From positions 372,001-436,000 of the forward strand of contig OZ251234.1 in NCBI GenBank assembly GCA_965240325.2: a DNA stretch of 64,000 nucleotides. Reading direction: 5' to 3'. Below the pieces are notes generated by a model that was not told where the DNA came from, did not search any database, and was given only the letters and a program-made list of their open reading frames with translations. Source of the DNA: Rebecca billardiae RCC1528 (Eukaryota > Protista > Haptophyta). Shown in pieces: positions 52,701 to 61,700 of the stretch. Numbering within the stretch: position 1 is the stretch's first letter; each line of letters starts with the position of its first letter. A program made the translations under genes and the position numbers.

Positions 52701-55700
52701 GGCTCGACGGGCAACCTCGCCTTGGCCATCACGCTGCGCAACTACGCGGGCGAGGCGGTGACGACGCAGGCGGCCATGCGCGCGGAGATCAGCTACCTCG
52801 CGACGGAGGGCACTGCCGTCTACACGCTCGGCTCGTCGGACGGCACGTCGCCGGACGGGTACTGGCTCGCCAACCTCGCGCACGCTGGCAACGGCGTGTA
52901 CTCGCTGCTGGTGCACCCGCTGCCGTACTGGGTGAGCGGCCGGCTCTTCGGGATCGCGTTCATGCTCGAGACGACCGACAGCTCGGGCGGCACCGAGAGC
53001 GAGCGCAACTTCGCCTTCTTTGGCAGCAGCGCGCCGCCGTACTCGGAGACGGGCTCGTCGTTCAGCCCGTACAAGTACATTGCCGTCACCGGCCCGACCG
53101 TCCTGCTGCCGCCGCTGCCGCCGCCGTCTCCGCCGCCGCAGCCGCCACCCTCGCCGCCGCCGCGGCCGCCGCCGCCTTCCCCCCCGCCGAGCTCACCGCC
53201 GCCCTCGTCGCCGCCCGCGTCGCCGCCACCGCCGCCTCCGCCCTCGCCGCCGCCCGTGACGTGCCGCGGCGCCGCCGCGCTCGTCGAGGGTGCAACGGCC
53301 GTGTTCGAGGCGAGCGCGTCGGGCCCGGGCTTTGCGCTCGACGGCACGTACTCGTCGACCAACCCGACCTTCTCGGAGGACTTTGGCTTCTTCTACGCGT
53401 ACCCGCCGCAGACGAACGGCCGCGTGACCGCGTCAATCCAGGGCTACTCGTACCTCGAGCGCTCGCGCACCTTCAAGATGAGCCGCAGCGAGGTGGCGAG
53501 CGTGAGCGTCGTCGTGCGCACGGACACGGTGTACGAGGACCGCAACGCCGTGCGCGTCGCGTACCAGGTGCGCGACGACGCGGGCCGCACGGACGTGGAC
53601 ACCAGCGGGCTGACGGTGCAGCTCGCGCTCGCGCACTCGAGCGGCTCGCCCACGAGCACCACGTCGTGCTCGTCGCCGTCGACGGGCGGCATCGGCCTGT
53701 GCTCGGTGTCGCTGGGCAGCGAGTGGTTCTCGACGAGCGCGGGCTCGGCCACGGTGACCGTCACTGCCAAGTACGGCAGCACGGTCGCCGCGAGCGAGGC
53801 GGGCAGCGCCGTCACGCTGGCGGCCTCGCCGACGCACGGCACGCTGTCGGCGGCGGGCATGCTCGCGACGATGGTCTCCGCCCCGCAGTACCCCGGCGAC
53901 ACCGTCACCGTCGAGATCAGCGCGCACACCGGCGAGTTTGCGCTCGGCTCGTGGTTCCTGCTGGCGCAGTTCGACACGTCGGTGCTCGAGTTCGCGAGCT
54001 CGACGGGCAGCGACCTGTACGCGTCGCCGCAGGTGGTGGTGGACCTCGAGAACGGCCGGCTCACGGGGCAGGCGCTGTCGCTCAACGACGGCGTCGCTAG
54101 CGCCGAAGTGACCGGCTCGGCCGTCCCCCTGCTCACGCTCAGCTTCACGGTGCGAAGCGTCTCGGCCGGCACGTACGCCGACGCCATCTCGCTGTCCATC
54201 GACTCGATGGCCAACACCGGCGGGAACACGTACGTGCAGGACCAGGCGGGCTTCGTGGCCGACGATCGCGACGGCCTGCAGTCGTCTGGCCGCCTCGCCG
54301 TCGAGGCGGTCGCCGCGGTGGGCGCGCACGCGTACACGGACATCGTCGAGGTGGTGAACACCGCGCCGCTCACGGGCGATGCGATCAGCGCGCAGGTGAG
54401 CGTGCTCGAGCACTACAACCGCGCGTCCACGTCGTCGAGCGTGGAGACCTCGTCCTACCTGTGCAGCTCGGCGGACGACACCGTCGTCACCGCCGACTTT
54501 GGCACGTGCGCGCTCTCGCTCACGGCTTCGCACCTCGCCGGCGCTGCCTCGGTCGCCATCACCGCCTCCGGGCCGTCGGCGCTGAGCGCGCAGACGCCGA
54601 TGCGCGTGTGGTACCCGCTGAGCGCGACGATGAGCGTGTCGGACGGCGAGCTGCAGCGCGTCGACCTGCTGCAGAGCGCGTCGTCGTGCGGCTCGCCGGG
54701 CTACCAGAGCGCCGAGGTGAGCGTCGTCGCCGACTTTGGCGGCGCGTCGCTGGCGACGGTGAGCAGCGTCGACGTGAGCGCGCTGGTGACGCTCGTCTCG
54801 GGCGACAGCGGCGTGGCGACCGTCGACGGCTCGATGGTGACGGGCGTGGGCGCCGGCTCGACGAGCGTGACGCTCGGCGGCGGCGCAACGTCGCCGGCGA
54901 GCGCCAGCGTGAGCGTGAGCGACGTGGTGCTGACGGCCAACCTGACGGCGGTCGCCATCTCGACGCTCTCGTGGTCGACGACGCCGCCGACGAGTGTGCC
55001 TGCCACGCCTGCCACGTACTCGTTCACCGCGGGCGCTGAGCTGGCGCAGTCGCTGACGCAGGAGGGCGACGAGGCGGGCGTGTACGCGTGGGCGAGCTTC
55101 TCGGACGGCACGACGGCCAAGGTCTCCCCGGCGCAGCTGCAGGTCACCACGAGCTCGTCCGGCGTCGAGCTGACGTCGGGCGACTCGTCCACGCCGTGGA
55201 AGCTGGCGGTCGCGTCCGGCGCGCTGCCCGAGTGCCGCGAGATGCTCGAGGTCGAGTGGACGGTGTGCTCGGCGACGGTGGCGCGCGACACGGCGTACGT
55301 GCACCTCGACATGCCGGGCGCCGAGTCGCTCACCGCCACCTCCGTCGAGTCGCGCCTCACCTCGCCCGACGACCCCGCGCGCGTGGCGCCCGTGTCGGTC
55401 GCGACGTCGTCGGCCATCCGCGTCGAGGTGCGCTTTGAGAACGGCAACACGCAGACGATGACCGGCGACAGCCGCGTCGAGATCTCGGTGACGAGCCCGA
55501 CGTCGTGCGCGACGATGAGCGGCTCGTTCGAGGTGTCGATCACCAACGGCGCGAGCTGCGAGACCGTCGAGCTCGCCGTCTCGATCCCCACGTTTGGCGT
55601 GAGCGGCACGCTGAGCGTCCCCGTCGTGTACCTGGATCGCTTCTTCCTCACCGCCTCGCCGCACCCGACCTACTCGGGCTCGACGAGCGTGGTGAAGTCG

Positions 55701-58700
55701 ACGCTGCACAAGGTCGACTGCACGGACGCGTACCAGCACGCGCAGGCGGCGGCGACCGCGCTGCTCACCGACGCCACCTCCGTCGCGGTGACGAGCAAGG
55801 CGGCGTTCAGCTCGACCAACTCGTCGGTGGTGGACGTGGACGGCACGCGCCTGATGGGCGTGCGCCCCGGCACCGTCGGCGTCACCGCGCGCTGGGCGAG
55901 CATCGACAGCGAGATGTACGTGCTGTCGGTCTCGGACGTGCCGGTGGTCATCACGGCGCTGCAGCTCCAGTTCGCCAGCCTCGATCGCGACGACACGCTG
56001 CTCGGCGTCGCGGGCACGCAGCGCACCGTCAAGGTGCGCGTCGAGTTTGACGACGGCACCGTCTTCACCAACTTCATCACCAAGGTCGAGTCGTGGTGGA
56101 TCCCGACGTCCGACCTGCTGCTCTTCTCGAGCGGCGCGGCCTCGGCCGTCACCGTCTCGACCGAGGGCATGATGACGCTGCTCGACAACCACTTCGAGCT
56201 CGTGACGATGACGGTCACGTCGGCGTGCGACGCGGCGATGCTCGACGCAAACACGCTCGCCGCCAACCTCGCGCCCGCCGACTTCGACGTCGACCTGGGC
56301 AGCCAGTACGGCGTGCAGTTCCAGCAGGAGGGCGACACGCTCGAGGTCGCGCTGCGCATGCACTCGGACGGCGAGCTCAAGAACTTCCAGATCGATGTCG
56401 AGTTCGACGACGCGGTAGTGCTCGCGCAGTCGTACGTGCAGGGCGCCGACTGGGGCGGACAGTTCTCGTGCACGCTCAACGACCCGAGCAACAAGGTCAC
56501 GTGCATCGGCAACGACGCTGAGTCGACGGCGTCCGGCTCGGACCTCGAGCTGGCGGTCATCCAGTTCACGGCGCAGTCGACGGCGCACGTCACGTTCTCC
56601 GCGTCGATCATCGACGCGCTGCAGTTCGTGGGCGGCGTCGAGACGCGCCTCACCGACGCGACCGCTGTCGCCGGCCGCGGCGTGGCCGCGCTCACGCTCA
56701 GCCGGCTGCGCCGGCTCGCCGAGGTGCGCGCCAAGACGCAGCGCCGGACGGCCGCGCGGCGGCATGCGCGCGCGCACAACAACCGGCGCCGGCTGCAGAC
56801 CTCGTTCACCACCGAGGACATCGAGGACTTCGTGTACACAGAGTGGAGCCTCGACAGCGGCTGCGACGCCAAGTGCGACGTGCTCGGCGACCTGAACAAC
56901 GACTGCGTCTTCACGTCGTACGACGTGTTCGCCGCGTCGATCGTGTTCAGCGGCGTCGCGCTCGACGTGGTCAACCTCGGCGGCCTCTGCGCCAACATCC
57001 AGAGCCGGCTCGACCCGACGCTCGACGGCGACTTTGGCCTCTCCGACCTGACGTACCTGCTGCTCACGGTCGGGCGCAAGCGCCACTTTGTGACCAACGT
57101 GACCGTCGACTCGACCGCCGTGGTCGCAGGCACCCAGGGCAACGTCGAGCTCGCGCTCACGCTGGTGAACGCGGAGGGCGGCGCCGTCACGACGCAGGCG
57201 AGCGTGCGCTCCGAGATCAGCTACGACCAGAGCGAGGGCACCGCCCTCTTCGACGAGGGCACCGACGGCGGCACGTCGCCGGACGGCGGCTGGCTCGGCG
57301 TGCTCGATCACGTCGGCGCGGGCCGGTACTCGATGAAGGTGCACCCCGATCCGTTCTGGCTGACGGCGCGCACGTTCGGCATCGCGTTCATGCTCGAGAC
57401 GACCGACAGCTCGGGCAACTCGGACGACGACCGCAAGTACCCGTTCTTCGGCTCGAGCGTCGAGACGTACGCCGCGCAGGGCTTCACGTTCTCGCCGTTC
57501 GCCGAGCTGGCTGTCTCCGGCTTCTCCAACCTGACGCTGCCGCCGTCGCCGCCGCCGCTGCCGTCGCCGCCGCCGCCGCCGTCGTCGCCGCCACCGGACG
57601 TGCCCTCGCCGCCGCCCAAGCCGCCGCCGCGTCAGCCGCCACCGCCGAGTGCGCCGCCGCCGCCGCCGCCGGCACCGTCGCCAAGCCCGCCGCCCGCGCC
57701 GCCCGCGCAGCCGTCGCCGCCGCCGGGCCTGCCGTCGCCACCGCCGCCGCCGCCAAAGGTGTGCCCGACGACTGCGGAGCTGCTCAACGGCGCCTCCGCC
57801 ATGTTCGAGGCGAGCGCGTCGGGCCCGGGCTTCCCGCTCGACGGCACGTACTCGTCGACCAACCCGACCTTCTCGGAGGACTTTGGCTTCTTCTACGCGT
57901 ACGCGCCGCAGACGAGCGGCCGCGTGACCGCGTCGATCCAGGGCTACTCGTACCTCGAGCGCTCGCGCACGTTCACGATGAGCCGCAGCGAGGTGGCGAG
58001 CGTGAGCGTCGTCGTGCGCACGGACACGGTGTACGAGGACCGCAACGCGGTGCGCGTCGCGTACCAGGTGCGCGACGACGCGGGCCGCACGGACGTGGAC
58101 ACGAGCGGGCTGACGGTGCAGCTCGCGCTCGCGCACTCGAGCGGCTCGCCCACGAGCACCACGTCGTGCTCGTCGCCGTCGACGGGCGGCGTCGGCCTGT
58201 GCTCGGTGTCGCTGGGCAGCGAGTGGTTCTCGACGAGCGCGGGCTCGGCCACGGTGACCGTGTCGGCCAAGTACGGCAGCACGGTCGCCGCGAGCGAGAC
58301 GGGGGCCGCCATCACGCTGGACGCCTCGCCGGCGCACGGCACGCTGACGGCGGCGGGCATGCTCGCGACCACGGTCTCCTCGCCGCGCTTCCCGGGCGAC
58401 ACGTTCGACGTGAGGATCACCGCGCACACGGGCGGCTTCTCCATGCTGTTCTGGGGCATCACCGCGCAGTACGACACGTCGGTGCTCGAGTACGAGGGCG
58501 CGACCCAGAGCAGCCTGTACAACTCGCCGAGCGTCGGCGTCGACAGCGGCGCCGGCCTGATCAGCGCGTCCGTGCTCGACATCGCGGGCGGTGTGGACGA
58601 GGCGGACGTGCTGGGCACGGCCGTGCACGTGATCACGCTGAGCTTCCGCGTGGCCTCGGGCGCGCCGACCGGCGCGGTGCACGCCGACGTGCTCGCGCTC

Positions 58701-61700
58701 ACCGTGGACAACATGAACAACCAGGACCGCTCGTACGTGACCAACCAGGTTGGCTCGCTGCTCGACGACCGCGACGGGCTGCAGACGTCCGCGCGCCTGG
58801 CCGTGGAGGCGGAGGCGGTGGTGGGCGCGCACGCGTACACGGACGTGGCCGAGGTGGTGAACACCGCGCCGCTCACGGGCGACGCGCTCAGCGCGCAGGT
58901 CAGCGTGCTCGAGCACTACAACCGCGCGTCCACCTCGTCGGGCGAGGCGGCCACCTCCTCGTACACGTGCGCCACTGTCGCCAGCGCCGTGCTCTCGGTC
59001 GGCGCGTCGAGCTGCGCCGTGACGATCTCGGCCGCGCACAGCGCGGGCTCGGCGTCCGCCAGCATCGACGTCACCTCGGTGGACACCGCCGTGGTCGCGC
59101 AGACGCCGATGCGCGTGTGGTACCCGCTGAGCGCGACGATGAGCGTGTCGGACGCCGCTCTGGAGCGCGTCGACCTGCTGCAGAGCGCGTCGTCGTGCGG
59201 CTCGCCGGGCTACCAGAGCGCCGAGGTGAGCGTCGTCGCCGACTTTGGCGGCGCGTCGCTCACGACGGTGAGCGGCGTCGACGTGAGTTCGCTGGTGACG
59301 CTCGTCTCGGGCGACAGCGGCGTGGCGACCGTCGACGGCTCGATGGTGACGGGCGTGGGCGCCGGCTCGACGAGCGTGTCGCTCGGCGGCGGCGCGACGT
59401 CGCCGGCGAGCGTGGGCGTGAGCGTGAGCGACGTGGTGCTGACGGCCAACCTGACCGTCGTCGCCATCTCGACGCTCTCGTGGTCGACGACGCCGCCGTC
59501 CACGGTCTCGGCCGCGCACGGCACCACGTTCACCGCGGCCGCGGACGTGGCGCAGGTGCTCGAGCTCGAGGGCGACGAGGCGGGCGTGTACGGCTGGGCG
59601 AGCTTCTCGGACGGCACGACCGCGCGGGTGCCCGCGACGCAGCTGCAGCTCACGTCGCTCACGTCCGGCATCGAGCTGACGTCGGGCGACGCGTCGACGC
59701 CGTGGAAGATGGCGGTCGCCACCGGCGCCGCCTTCGAGTGCGGCGACCTGCTCTCCGCGTCGTGGAGCGTGTGCGGCGTCGTGGTGGCCGAGGACCTGGT
59801 GCCCGTGCTGCTCGACCGGCCGGGCGCGAGCGGCCTCAGCCTCGCGTCGTCGCGCTCGCGGCTCACCTCGCCGAGCGACCCCGCGGCCGCGACGCCGGTG
59901 TCCGTCTCGACGAGCGCGGAGATCACCGTGCTCGTCCAGTTCGAGACCGGCGACTCGCAGGACTTCAGCTCGGACGAGCGCGTGACGGTGGAGGTGCTCA
60001 ACCCGCTGTGCGCGACGCTCGAGTCGGGCACGGCCAAGCCGACCGTGCGCGTCAAGTTCACGCTCGACGTGGCCGCGTGCACGAGCGTGGAGGTGCGCGT
60101 CGCCGTGCCGTCGCTCGCGGTCTCGGAGACGCTCTCCGTGCCCATCGTGTACCTCGACGAGCTGTACGTCGGCGTCTCGCCGTACCCGGCGTACTCGAGC
60201 CCGGACTCGTCGACGTACGTGGTGAGCAGTCTGAACAAGATCGAGTGCACCGGCTACTACCAGCACGGCAAGGCGAGCGCGACCGCGCGGCTCACGGACG
60301 GCGACGAGATCTCGGTCACGTCGTTCGCGACGTTCGCCTCGACCGACTCGGCGGTCGTCCTCGTCGAGGCGCCCACGCGGCTGCGCGGCGAGAGCGCCGG
60401 GCTCGTCGACGTCACCGCGACGTGGGCGTCGACCGTGTCGACGCCGTACGCGCTCGAGGTCTCTGACACGCTCGTGCTCGTGACCGACCTCATCCTCACC
60501 TTCCAGGGGCTCACGCGCGGCACGCTGTACGGCGAGGTGGGGCACAGCCGCTCGGTGCGCGTCAAGGTGATCTTCTCCGACGGCACGCGCTTCTCCAACT
60601 TCCTCACCGACGTCGACTGGATCCCGACGAGCGAGCTGCTCACCTTCGCCACGAGCGCGCCCGCCGCCGTCTCGATCTCGACCGAGGGCGTGATGACGCT
60701 GCTCGGCAACCACCACGAGGCGGTGGGCGTGCAGGTGAGCAAGGCGTGCGACGGCTCGCAGGAGATGACGAACGAGCTCTTCGCCAACCTCAAGCCCGCC
60801 AACGGCGACGTCGACCTCGGCCACCAGTACGGCCTGCAGTTCTCGCAGGACTCGGACGGCACGTTTGAGGTCGCTGTGCGCGTGCACGCCGACGGCCTGC
60901 TCAACAACTTCCAGATCGACGTGTACATCGACCCCGCCGTGTTCCACGTCGCGTCGGAGGACGACTGCGAGCAGGGCGCGGACTGGGGCGGCATCTTCTC
61001 CTGCACGCCCAACGACCCAACCGACGTGGTCACCGTCGTGGGCAACGACGCCGAGTCGTCCGCGACGGGCGAGGCGATCGAGGTGGCGGTGATCAAGCTC
61101 ACGCCCAAGACATCGGCGCGCTCGACCATCTCCGCGCTCATCATCGACCTGGTGCAGACGAGCAGCGGCGTGGAGCAGCGGCTGAGCAACGTCGACGTGT
61201 TCGCCGGGCTGGGCGACGCGCTCGCCGTCGTCGACCGCCGCCGCGCGCGCCAGCTCTCCGCAGCGAACGTGCTCGCCGCCGCGGACGCGCGCGCCGCGCG
61301 CCGCGCGGCCGCCGCCGCCGCCGCCGCCGCGCGCGCCGCCAACCGGCGCGCGCTGCAGACGGCCTCGTTCACGTCCGCGCAGATCGTCGAGCTGGTGTAC
61401 GAGACGTGGGACCTGGACGACGAGGCGAACGGCAACTGCGACGCCAAGTGCGACGTGCTCGGCGACCTGGACGGCGACTGCGTCTTCACGTCGTACGACG
61501 TGTTCGCGGGCTCGATGGTGTACACGGGCATCCAGCTGGGCGTGGTCACGTGGAACGACCTCTGCCTCAACGTGCGGCAGCGGCTCAACGTCAACCTGGA
61601 CACGTCCTTCTCGCTGACCGACCTGCGCTACCTGCTGCTCGTCGTCGGGCGCAAGCTGCACTTCATCACCAGTGTCGAGTCGGACGACAGCGCGTGCGTC

